Shown piece after piece: positions 1-13,500 of a stretch of DNA of 64,000 bases. The position numbers and the translations under genes are program-made. The stretch's first letter is position 1, and each line of letters begins with the position of its first letter. Below the pieces are notes generated by a model that was not told the DNA's origin, did no database searches, and was given only the letters and a program-made list of their open reading frames with translations. Source of the DNA: Auanema rhodensis (Eukaryota; Animalia; Nematoda); the NCBI GenBank assembly GCA_964057225.1, contig CAXKVF010000075.1:434001-498000 (forward strand). Direction: 5' to 3'.

Positions 1-176
1 AAAAACAAATTTTTATTGATATTGCTTCATGGTAACCATGACTTTTAAATTTACGTGAACTTTAATTTATGCTAATTAAATGTACACGTGATGTGCACTT
101 GGTATGTAACTCGCTTCACGTGAAAGATAAAGAGATGCGGTTTTCAAAATTAGATTCCCCATGTCCATATTAGTCT
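1..176 (+). repeat. Representative 176-bp monomer (arbitrary phase)
   Basis: Read directly; the next copy starts at 177. It contains the dyad CATGGT-A-ACCATG (28-40), ACGTGA at 53, 86 and 118, the palindrome TTCACGTGAA (115-124) and several A/T tracts. Confidence 0.98.
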
Positions 177-3100
177 AAAAACAAATTTTTATTGATATTG
201 GTTCATGGTAACCATGACTTTGACATTTAAGTGAACTTTAATTTATGCTAATTAAATGTACACGTGATGTGCACTTGGTATGTAACTCGCTTCACGTGAA
301 AGATAAAGAGATGCGGTTTTCAAAATTAGATTCCCCATGTCCATATTAGTCTAAAAACAAATTTTTATTGATATTGGTGCATGGTAACCATGACTTTGAA
401 ATTTACGTGAACTTTAATTTATGCTAATTAAATGTACACGTGATGTGCACTTGGTATGTAACTCGCTTCACGTGAAAGATAAAGAGATGCGGTTTTCAAA
501 ATTAGATTCCCCATGTCCATATTAGTCTAAAAACAAATTTTTATTGATATTGGTGCATGGTAACCATGACTTTGAAATTTACGTGAACTTTAATTTATGC
601 TAATTAAATGTACACGTGATGTGCACTTGGTATGTAACTCGCTTCACGTGAAAGATAAAGAGATGCGGTTTTCAAAATTAGATTCCCCATGTCCATATTA
701 GTCTAAAAACAAATTTTTATTGATATTGGTGCATGGTAACCATGACTTTGAAATTTACGTGAACTTTAATTTATGCTAATTAAATGTACACGTGATGTGC
801 ACTTGGTATGTAACTCGCTTCACGTGAAAGATAAAGAGATGCGGTTTTCAAAATTAGATTCCCCATGTCCATATTAGTCTAAAAACAAATTTTTATTGAT
901 ATTGGTTCATGGTAACCATGACTTTGAAATTTACGTGAACTTTAATTCATGCTAATTAAATGTACACGTGATGTGCACTTGGTATGTAACTCGCTTCACG
1001 TGAAAGATAAAGAGATGCGGTTTTCACAATTAGATTCCCCATGTCCATATTAGTCTAAAAACAAATTTTTATTGATATTGGTGCATGGTAACCATGACTT
1101 TGAAATTTACGTGAACTTTAATTTATGCTAATTAAATGTACACGTGATGTGCACTTGGTATGTAACTCGCTTCACGTGAAAGATAAAGAGATGCGGTTTT
1201 CAAAATTAGATTCCCCATGTCCATATTAGTCTAAAAACAAATTTTTATTGATATTGGTGCATGGTAACCATGACTTTGAAATTTACGTGAACTTTAATTT
1301 ATGCTAATTAAATGTACACGTGATGTGCACTTGGTATGTAACTCGCTTCACGTGAAAGATGAAGAGATGCGGTTTTCAAAATTAGATTCCCCATGTCCAT
1401 ATTAGTCTAAAAACAAATTTTTATTGATATTGGTGCATGGTAACCATGACTTTGAAATTTACGTGAACTTTAATTTATGCTAATTAAATGTACACGTGAT
1501 GTGCACTTGGTATGTAACTCGCTTCAAGTGAAAGATAAAGAGATGCGGTTTTCAAAATTAGATTCCCCATGTCCATATTAGTCTAAAAACAAATTTTTAT
1601 TGATATTGGTGCATGGTAACCATGACTTTGAAATTTACGTGAACTTTAATTTATGCTAATTAAATGTACACGTGATGTGCACTTGGTATGTAACTCGCTT
1701 CACGTGAAAGATGAAGAGATGCGGTTTTCAAAATTAGATTCCCCATGTCCATATTAGTCTAAAAACAAATTTTTATTGATATTGCTTCATGGTAACCATG
1801 ACTTTGAAATTTACGTGAACTTTAATTTATGCTAATTAAATGTACACGTGTTGTGCACTTGGTATGTAACTCGCTTCACGTGAAAGATAAAGAGATGCGG
1901 TTTTCAAAATTAGATTCCCCATGTCCATATTAGTCTAAAAACAAATTTTTATTGATATTACTTCATGGTAACCATGACTTTGAAATTTACGTGAACTTTA
2001 ATTTATGCTAATTAAATGTACACGTGATGTGCACTTGGTATGTAACTCGCTTCACGTGAAAGATAAAGAGATGCGGTTTTCAAAATTAGATTCCCCATGT
2101 CCATATTAGTCTAAAAACAATTTTTTATTGATATTGCTTCATGGTAACCATGACTTTGAAATTTACGTGAACTTTAATTTATGCTAATTAAATGTACACG
2201 TGATGTGCACTTGGTATGTAACTCGCTTCACGTGAAAGATAAAGAGATGCGGTTTTCAAAATTAGATTCCCCATGTCCATATTAGTCTAAAAACAAATTT
2301 TTATTGATATTGGTGCATGGTAACCATGACTTTGAAATTTACGTGAACTTTAATTTATGCTAATTAAATGTACACGTGATATGCACTTGGTATGTAACTC
2401 GCTTCACGTGAAAGATAAAGAGATGCGGTTTTCAAAATTAGATTCCCCATGTCCATATTAGTCTAAAAACAAATTTTTATTGATATTGGTTCATGGTAAC
2501 CATGACTTTGAAATTTACGTGAACTTTAATTCATGCTAATTAAATGTACACGTGATGTGCACTTGGTATGTAACTCGCTTCACGTGAAAGATAAAGAGAT
2601 GCGGTTTTCACAATTAGATTCCCCATGTCCATATTAGTCTAAAAACAAATTTTTATTGATATTGGTGCATGGTAACCATGACTTTGAAATTTACGTGAAC
2701 TTTAATTTATGCTAATTAAATGTACACGTGATGTGCACTTGGTATGTAACTCGCTTCACGTGAAAGATAAAGAGATGCGGTTTTCAAAATTAGATTCCCC
2801 ATGTCCATATTAGTCTTAAAACAAATTTTTATTGATATTGGTGCATGGTAACCATGACTTTGAAATTTACGTGAACTTTAATTTATGCTAATTAAATGTA
2901 CACGTGATATGCACTTGGTATGTAACTCGCTTCACGTGAAAGATAAAGAGATGCGGTTTTCAAAATTAGATTCCCCATGTCCATATTAGTCTAAAAACAA
3001 ATTTTTATTGATATTGGTGCATGGTAACCATGACTTTGAAATTTACGTGAACTTTAATTTATGCTAATTAAATGTACACGTGATGTGCACTTGGTATGTA

Positions 3101-4552
3101 ACTCGCTTCACGTGAAAGATAAAGAGATGCGGTTTTCAAAATTAGATTCCCCATGTCCATATTAGTCTAAAAACAAATTTTTATTGATATTGGTTCATGG
3201 TAACCATGACTTTGAAATTTACGTGAACTTTAATTTATGCTAATTAAATGTACACGTGATGTGCACTTGGTATGTAACTCGCTTCACGTGAAAGATAAAG
3301 AGATGCGGTTTTCAAAATTAGATTCCCCATGTCCATATTAGTCTAAAAACAAATTTTTATTGATATTGGTTCATGGTAACCATGACTTTGAAATTTACGT
3401 GAACTTTAATTTATGCTAATTAAATGTACACGTGATGTGCACTTGGTATGTAACTCGCTTCACGTGAAAGATAAAGAGATGCGGTTTTCAAAATTAGATT
3501 CCCCATGTCCATATTAGTCTAAAAACAAATTTTTATTGATATTGGTTCATGGTAACCATGACTTTGAAATTTACGTGAACTTTAATTTATGCTAATTAAA
3601 TGTACACGTGATGTGCACTTGGTATGTAACTCGCTTCACGTGAAAGATAAAGAGATGCGGTTTTCAAAATTAGATTCCCCATGTCCATATTAGTCTAAAA
3701 ACAAATTTTTATTGATATTGGTTCATGGTAACCATGATTTTGAAATTTACGTGAACTTTAATTTATGCTAATTAAACGTAAACGTGATGTGCACTTGGTA
3801 TGTAACTCGCTTCACGTGAAAGATAAAGAGATGCGGTTTTCAAAATTAGATTCCCCATGTCCATATTAGTCTAAAAACAAATTTTTATTGATATTGCTTC
3901 ATGGTAACCATGACTTTGAAATTTACGTGAACTTTAATTTATGCTAATTAAATGTACACGTGATGTGCACTTAGTATGTAACTCGCTTCACAAGAAAGAT
4001 AAAGAGATGCGGTTTTCAAAATTAGATTCCTCATGTCCATATTAGTCTAAAAACAATTTTTTATTGATATTGGTTCATGGTAACCATGACTTTGAAATTT
4101 ACGTGAACTTTAATTTATGCTAATTAAATGTACACGTGATGTGCACTTGGTATGTAACTCGCTTCACGTGAAAGATAAAGAGATGCGGTTTTCAAAATTA
4201 GATTCCCCATGTCCATATTAGTCTAAAAACAAATTTTTATTGATATTGCTTCATGGTAACCATGACTTTGAAATTTACGTGAACTTTAATTTATGCTAAT
4301 TAAATGTACACGTGATGTGCACTTGGTATGTAACTCGCTTCACGTGAAAGATAAAGAGATGCGGTTTTCAAAATTAGATTCCCCATGTCCATATTAGTCT
4401 AAAAACAATTTTTTATTGATATTGGTTCATGGTAACCATGACTTTGAAATTTACGTGAACTTTAATTTATGCTAATTAAATGTACACGTGATGTGCACTT
4501 GGTATGTAACTCGCTTCACGTGAAAGATAAAGAGATGCGGTTTTCAAAATTG

Positions 4553-7500
4553 GATTCCCCATGTCCATATTAGTCTAAAAACAAATTTTTATTGATATTG
4601 GTGCATGGTAACCATGACTTTGAAATTTACGTGAACTTTAATTTATGCTAATTAAATGTACACGTGATGTGCACTTGGTATGTAACTCGCTTCACGTGAA
4701 AGATAAAGAGATGCGGTTTTCAAAATTAGATTTCCCATGTCCATATTAGTCTAAAAACAAATTTTTATTGATATTGGTTCATGGTAACCATGACTTTGAA
4801 ATTTACGTGAACTTTAATTTATGCTAATTAAATGTACACGTGATGTGCACTTGGTATGTAACTCGCTTCACGTGAAAGATAAAGAGATGCGGTTTTCAAA
4901 ATTAGATTCCCCATGTCCATATTAGTCTAAAAACAAATTTTTATTGATATTGGTGCATGGTAACCATGACTTTGAAATTTACGTGAACTTTAATTTATGC
5001 TAATTAAATGTACACGTGATGTGCACTTGGTATGTAACTCGCTTCACGTGAAAAATAAAGAGATGCGGTTTTCAAAATTAGATTCCCCATGTCCATATTA
5101 GTCTAAAAACAAATTTTTATTGATATTGGTGCATGGTAACCATGACTTTGAAATTTACGTGAACTTTAATTTATGCTAATTAAATGTACACGTGATATGC
5201 ACTTGGTATGTAACTCGCTTCACGTGAAAGATAAAGAGATGCGGTTTTCAAAATTAGATTCCCCATGTCCATATTAGTCTAAAAACAAATTTTTATTGAT
5301 ATTGGTTCATGGTAACCATGACTTTGAAATTTACGTGAACTTTAATTCATGCTAATTAAATGTACACGTGATGTGCACTTGGTATGTAACTCGCTTCACG
5401 TGAAAGATAAAGAGATGCGGTTTTCACAATTAGATTCCCCATGTCCATATTAGTCTAAAAACAAATTTTTATTGATATTGGTGCATGGTAACCATGACTT
5501 TGAAATTTACGTGAACTTTAATTTATGCTAATTAAATGTACACGTGATGTGCACTTGGTATGTAACTCGCTTCACGTGAAAGATAAAGAGATGCGGTTTT
5601 CAAAATTAGATTCCCCATGTCCATATTAGTCTAAAAACAAATTTTTATTGATATTGGTGCATGGTAACCATGACTTTGAAATTTACGTGAACTTTAATTT
5701 ATGCTAATTAAATGTACACGTGATATGCACTTGGTATGTAACTCGCTTCACGTGAAAGATAAAGAGATGCGGTTTTCAAAATTAGATTCCCCATGTCCAT
5801 ATTAGTCTAAAAACAAATTTTTATTGATATTGGTGCATGGTAACCATGACTTTGAAATTTACGTGAACTTTAATTTATGCTAATTAAATGTACACGTGAT
5901 GTGCACTTGGTATGTAACTCGCTTCACGTGAAAGATAAAGAGATGCGGTTTTCAAAATTAGATTCCCCATGTCCATATTAGTCTAAAAACAAATTTTTAT
6001 TGATATTGGTTCATGGTAACCATGACTTTGAAATTTACGTGAACTTTAATTTATGCTAATTAAATGTACACGTGATGTGCACTTGGTATGTAACTCGCTT
6101 CACGTGAAAGATAAAGAGATGCGGTTTTCAAAATTAGATTCCCCATGTCCATATTAGTCTAAAAACAAATTTTTATTGATATTGGTTCATGGTAACCATG
6201 ACTTTGAAATTTACGTGAACTTTAATTTATGCTAATTAAATGTACACGTGATGTGCACTTGGTATGTAACTCGCTTCACGTGAAAGATAAAGAGATGCGG
6301 TTTTCAAAATTAGATTCCCCATGTCCATATTAGTCTAAAAACAAATTTTTATTGATATTGGTTCATGGTAACCATGACTTTGAAATTTACGTGAACTTTA
6401 ATTTATGCTAATTAAATGTACACGTGATGTGCACTTGGTATGTAACTCGCTTCACGTGAAAGATAAAGAGATGCGGTTTTCAAAATTAGATTCCCCATGT
6501 CCATATTAGTCTAAAAACAAATTTTTATTGATATTGGTGCATGGTAACCATGACTTTGAAATTTACGTGAACTTTAATTTATGCTAATTAAATGTACACG
6601 TGATGTGCACTTGGTATGTAACTCGCTTCACGTGAAAGATAAAGAGATGCGGTTTTCAAAATTAGATTCCCCATGTCCATATTAGTCTAAAAACAAATTT
6701 TTATTGATATTGCTTCATGGTAACCATGACTTTGAAATTTACGTGAACTTTAATTTATGCTAATTAAATGTACACGTGATGTGCACTTGGTATGTAACTC
6801 GCTTCACGTGAAAGATAAAGAGATGCGGTTTTCAAAATTAGATTCCCCATGTCCATATTAGTCTAAAAACAAATTTTTATTGATATTGGTTCATGGTAAC
6901 CATGACTTTGACATTTACGTGAACTTTAATTTATGCTAATTAAATGTACACGAGATGTGCACTTGGTATGTAACTCGCTTCACGTGAAAGATAAAGAGAT
7001 GCGGTTTTCAAAATTAGATTCCCCATGTCCATATTAGTCTAAAAACAAATTTTTATTGATATTGGTGCATGGTAACCATGACTTTGAAATTTACGTGAAC
7101 TTTAATTTATGCTAATTAAATGTACACGTGATGTGCACTTGGTATGTAACTCGCTTCACGTGAAAGATAAAGAGATGCGGTTTTCAAAATTAGATTTCCC
7201 ATGTCCATATTAGTCTAAAAACAAATTTTTATTGATATTGGTTCATGGTAACCATGACTTTGAAATTTACGTGAACTTTAATTTATGCTAATTAAATGTA
7301 CACGTGATGTGCACTTGGTATGTAACTCGCTTCACGTGAAAGATAAAGAGATGCGGTTTTCAAAATTAGATTCCCCATGTCCATATTAGTCTAAAAACAA
7401 ATTTTTATTGATATTGGTGCATGGTAACCATGACTTTGAAATTTACGTGAACTTTAATTTATGCTAATTAAATGTACACGTGATGTGCACTTGGTATGTA

Positions 7501-9660
7501 ACTCGCTTCACGTGAAAAATAAAGAGATGCGGTTTTCAAAATTAGATTCCCCATGTCCATATTAGTCTAAAAACAAATTTTTATTGATATTGGTGCATGG
7601 TAACCATGACTTTGAAATTTACGTGAACTTTAATTTATGCTAATTAAATGTACACGTGATATGCACTTGGTATGTAACTCGCTTCACGTGAAAGATAAAG
7701 AGATGCGGTTTTCAAAATTAGATTCCCCATGTCCATATTAGTCTAAAAACAAATTTTTATTGATATTGGTTCATGGTAACCATGACTTTGAAATTTACGT
7801 GAACTTTAATTCATGCTAATTAAATGTACACGTGATGTGCACTTGGTATGTAACTCGCTTCACGTGAAAGATAAAGAGATGCGGTTTTCACAATTAGATT
7901 CCCCATGTCCATATTAGTCTAAAAACAAATTTTTATTGATATTGGTGCATGGTAACCATGACTTTGAAATTTACGTGAACTTTAATTTATGCTAATTAAA
8001 TGTACACGTGATGTGCACTTGGTATGTAACTCGCTTCACGTGAAAGATAAAGAGATGCGGTTTTCAAAATTAGATTCCCCATGTCCATATTAGTCTAAAA
8101 ACAAATTTTTATTGATATTGGTGCATGGTAACCATGACTTTGAAATTTACGTGAACTTTAATTTATGCTAATTAAATGTACACGTGATATGCACTTGGTA
8201 TGTAACTCGCTTCACGTGAAAGATAAAGAGATGCGGTTTTCAAAATTAGATTCCCCATGTCCATATTAGTCTAAAAACAAATTTTTATTGATATTGGTGC
8301 ATGGTAACCATGACTTTGAAATTTACGTGAACTTTAATTTATGCTAATTAAATGTACACGTGATGTGCACTTGGTATGTAACTCGCTTCACGTGAAAGAT
8401 AAAGAGATGCGGTTTTCAAAATTAGATTCCCCATGTCCATATTAGTCTAAAAACAAATTTTTATTGATATTGGTTCATGGTAACCATGACTTTGAAATTT
8501 ACGTGAACTTTAATTTATGCTAATTAAATGTACACGTGATGTGCACTTGGTATGTAACTCGCTTCACGTGAAAGATAAAGAGATGCGGTTTTCAAAATTA
8601 GATTCCCCATGTCCATATTAGTCTAAAAACAAATTTTTATTGATATTGGTTCATGGTAACCATGACTTTGAAATTTACGTGAACTTTAATTTATGCTAAT
8701 TAAATGTACACGTGATGTGCACTTGGTATGTAACTCGCTTCACGTGAAAGATAAAGAGATGCGGTTTTCAAAATTAGATTCCCCATGTCCATATTAGTCT
8801 AAAAACAAATTTTTATTGATATTGGTTCATGGTAACCATGACTTTGAAATTTACGTGAACTTTAATTTATGCTAATTAAATGTACACGTGATGTGCACTT
8901 GGTATGTAACTCGCTTCACGTGAAAGATAAAGAGATGCGGTTTTCAAAATTAGATTCCCCATGTCCATATTAGTCTAAAAACAAATTTTTATTGATATTG
9001 GTGCATGGTAACCATGACTTTGAAATTTACGTGAACTTTAATTTATGCTAATTAAATGTACACGTGATGTGCACTTGGTATGTAACTCGCTTCACGTGAA
9101 AGATAAAGAGATGCGGTTTTCAAAATTAGATTCCCCATGTCCATATTAGTCTAAAAACAAATTTTTATTGATATTGCTTCATGGTAACCATGACTTTGAA
9201 ATTTACGTGAACTTTAATTTATGCTAATTAAATGTACACGTGATGTGCACTTGGTATGTAACTCGCTTCACGTGAAAGATAAAGAGATGCGGTTTTCAAA
9301 ATTAGATTCCCCATGTCCATATTAGTCTAAAAACAAATTTTTATTGATATTGGTTCATGGTAACCATGACTTTGACATTTACGTGAACTTTAATTTATGC
9401 TAATTAAATGTACACGAGATGTGCACTTGGTATGTAACTCGCTTCACGTGAAAGATAAAGAGATGCGGTTTTCAAAATTAGATTCCCCATGTCCATATTA
9501 GTCTAAAAACAAATTTTTATTGATATTGGTGCATGGTAACCATGACTTTGAAATTTACGTGAACTTTAATTTATGCTAATTAAATGTACACGTGATGTGC
9601 ACTTGGTATGTAACTCGCTTCACGTGAAAGATAAAGAGATGCGGTTTTCAAAATTAGATT
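4553..9660. repeat. Tandem duplication of a 14-monomer (2464-bp) block
   Basis: Rare SNP pairs all offset by 2464: 4733/7197, 5054/7518, 5197/7661, 5348/7812, 6912/9376, 6953/9417. Outer limits are set by unshared variants at 4552 and 9662. Confidence 0.93.
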
Positions 9661-10599
9661 CACCATGTCCATATTAGTCTAAAAACAAATTTTTATTGAT
9701 ATTGGTTCATGGTAACCATGACTTTGAAATTTACGTGAACTTTAATTTATGCTAATTAAATGTACACGTGATGTGCACTTGGTATGTAACTCGCTTCACG
9801 TGAAAGATAAAGAGATGCGGTTTTCAAAATTAGATTCCCCATGTCCATATTAGTCTAAAAACAAATTTTTATTGATATTGGTTCATGGTAACCATGACTT
9901 TGAAATTTACGTGAACTTTAATTTATGCTAATTAAATGTACACGTGATGTGCACTTGGTATGTAACTCGCTTCACGTGAAAGATAAAGAGATGCGGTTTT
10001 CAAAATTAGATTCCCCATGTCCATATTAGTCTAAAAACAAATTTTTATTGATATTGGTGCATGGTAACCATGACTTTGAAATTTACGTGAACTTTAATTT
10101 ATGCTAATTAAATGTACACGTGATGTGCACTTGGTATGTAACTCGCTTCACGTGAAAGATAAAGAGATGCGGTTTTCAAAATTAGATTCACCATGTCCAT
10201 ATTAGTCTAAAAACAAATTTTTATTGATATTGGTTCATGGTAACCATGACTTTGAAATTTACGTGAACTTTAATTTATGCTAATTAAATGTACACGTGAT
10301 GTGCACTTGGTATGTAACTCGCTTCACGTGAAAGATAAAGAGATGCGGTTTTCAAAATTAGATTCCCCATGTCCATATTAGTCTAAAAACAAATTTTTAT
10401 TGATATTGCTTCATGGTAACCATGACTTTGAAATTTACGTGAACTTTAATTTATGCTAATTAAATGTACACGTGATGTGCACTTGGTATGTAACTCGCTT
10501 CACGTGAAAGATAAAGAGATGCGGTTTTCAAAATTAGATTCACCATGTCCATATTAGTCTAAAAACAAATTTTTATTGATATTGGTTCATGGTAACCAT

Positions 10600-13500
10600 G
10601 ACTTTGAAATTTACGTGAACTTTAATTTATGCTAATTAAATGTACACGTGATGTGCACTTGGTATGTAACTCGCTTCACGTGAAAGATAAAGAGATGCGG
10701 TTTTCAAATTTAGATTCACCATGTCCATATTAGTCTAAAAACAAATTTTTATTGATATTGGTTCATGGTAACCATGACTTTGAAATTTACGTGAACTTTA
10801 ATTTATGCTAATTAAATGTACACGTGATGTGCACTTGGTATGTAACTCGCTTCACGTGAAAGATAAAGAGATGCGGTTTTCAAAATTAGATTCCCCATGT
10901 CCATATTAGTCTAAAAACAAATTTTTATTGATATTGGTGCATGGTAACCATGACTTTGAAATTTACGTGAACTTTAATTTATGCTAATTAAATGTACACG
11001 TGATGTGCACTTGGTATGTAACTCGCTTCACGTGAAAGATAAAGAGATGCGGTTTTCAAAATTAGATTCCCCATGTCCATATTAGTCTAAAAACAAATTT
11101 TTATTGATATTGGTTCATGGTAACCATGACTTTGAAATTTACGTGAACTTTAATTCATGCTAATTAAATGTACACGTGATGTGCACTTGGTATGTAACTC
11201 GCTTCACGTGAAAGATAAAGAGATGCGGTTTTCACAATTAGATTCCCCATGTCCATATTAGTCTAAAAACAAATTTTTATTGATATTGGTGCATGGTAAC
11301 CATGACTTTGAAATTTACGTGAACTTTAATTTATGCTAATTAAATGTACACGTGATGTGCACTTGGTATGTAACTCGCTTCACGTGAAAGATAAAGAGAT
11401 GCGGTTTTCAAAATTAGATTCCCCATGTCCATATTAGTCTAAAAACAAATTTTTATTGATATTGGTGCATGGTAACCATGACTTTGAAATTTACGTGAAC
11501 TTTAATTTATGCTAATTAAATGTACACGTGATGTGCACTTGGTATGTAACTCGCTTCACGTGAAAGATGAAGAGATGCGGTTTTCAAAATTAGATTCCCC
11601 ATGTCCATATTAGTCTAAAAACAAATTTTTATTGATATTGGTGCATGGTAACCATGACTTTGAAATTTACGTGAACTTTAATTTATGCTAATTAAATGTA
11701 CACGTGATGTGCACTTGGTATGTAACTCGCTTCACGTGAAAGATAAAGAGATGCGGTTTTCAAAATTAGATTCCCCATGTCCATATTAGTCTAAAAACAA
11801 ATTTTTATTGATATTGGTGCATGGTAACCATGACTTTGAAATTTACGTGAACTTTAATTTATGCTAATTAAATGTACACGTGATGTGCACTTGGTATGTA
11901 ACTCGCTTCACGTGAAAGATGAAGAGATGCGGTTTTCAAAATTAGATTCCCCATGTCCATATTAGTCTAAAAACAAATTTTTATTGATATTGGTGCATGG
12001 TAACCATGACTTTGAAATTTACGTGAACTTTAATTTATGCTAATTAAATGTACACGTGATGTGCACTTGGTATGTAACTCGCTTCACGTGAAAGATAAAG
12101 AGATGCGGTTTTCAAAATTAGATTCCCCATGTCCATATTAGTCTAAAAACAAATTTTTATTGATATTGGTGCATGGTAACCATGACTTTGAAATTTACGT
12201 GAACTTTAATTTATGCTAATTAAATGTACACGTGATGTGCACTTGGTATGTAACTCGCTTCACGTGAAAGATGAAGAGATGCGGTTTTCAAAATTAGATT
12301 CCCCATGTCCATATTAGTCTAAAAACAAATTTTTATTGATATTGCTTCATGGTAACCATGACTTTGAAATTTACGTGAACTTTAATTTATGCTAATTAAA
12401 TGTACACGTGATGTGCACTTGGTATGTAACTCGCTTCACGTGAAAGATAAAGAGATGCGGTTTTCAAAATTAGATTCCCCATGTCCATATTAGTCTAAAA
12501 ACAAATTTTTATTGATATTGGTGCATGGTAACCATGACTTTGAAATTTACGTGAACTTTAATTTATGCTAATTAAATGTACACGTGATGTGCACTTGGTA
12601 TGTAACTCGCTTCACGTGAAAGATAAAGAGATGCGGTTTTCAAAATTAGATTCCCCATGTCCATATTAGTCTAAAAACAAATTTTTATTGATATTGCTTC
12701 ATGGTAACCATGACTTTGAAATTTACGTGAACTTTAATTTATGCTAATTAAATGTACACGTGATGTGCACTTGGTATGTAACTCGCTTCACGTGAAAGAT
12801 AAAGAGATGCGGTTTTCAAAATTAGATTCCCCATGTCCATATTAGTCTAAAAACAATTTTTTATTGATATTGGTTCATGGTAACCATGACTTTGAAATTT
12901 ACGTGAACTTTAATTTATGCTAATTAAATGTACACGTGATGTGCACTTGGTATGTAACTCGCTTCACGTGAAAGATAAAGAGATGCGGTTTTCAAAATTA
13001 GATTCCCCATGTCCATATTAGTCTAAAAACAAATTTTTATTGATATTGCTTCATGGTAACCATGACTTTGAAATTTACGTGAACTTTAATTTATGCTAAT
13101 TAAATGTACACGTGATGTGCACTTGGTATGTAACTCGCTTCACGTGAAAGATAAAGAGATGCGGTTTTCAAAATTAGATTCCCCATGTCCATATTAGTCT
13201 AAAAACAAATTTTTATTGATATTGCTTCATGGTAACCATGACTTTGAAATTTACGTGAACTTTAATTTATGCTAATTAAATGTACACGTGATGTGCACTT
13301 GGTATGTAACTCGCTTCACGTGAAAGATAAAGAGATGCGGTTTTCAAAATTAGATTCACCATGTCCATATTAGTCTAAAAACAAATTTTTATTGATATTG
13401 GTTCATGGTAACCATGACTTTGAAATTTACGTGAACTTTAATTTATGCTAATTAAATGTACACGTGATGTGCACTTGGTATGTAACTCGCTTCACGTGAA

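Noticed and set aside
24-28. G/T/C monomer order as an information-bearing code
   Set aside because: The recurring orders coincide with SNP-defined block duplications, which explain them without invoking a code.
85-92. Budding-yeast-type point centromere (CDEI match ATCACGTG on the minus strand)
   Set aside because: No CDEIII (CCGAA core) and no >90% AT CDEII at the right spacing. Point centromeres are single-copy, not tandem.
1-176. 5S rRNA, tRNA, snRNA or spliced-leader tandem gene unit
   Set aside because: No recognisable 5S or tRNA sequence, Pol III A/B/C boxes, cloverleaf or snRNA motifs on either strand.
1-176. Identity with alpha satellite, CEN178 or Brassica CentBr; canonical CENP-B box
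   Set aside because: Only the length is similar. I see no sequence resemblance from memory and no TTCG-N4-A-N2-CGGG motif on either strand. A database search is still needed.
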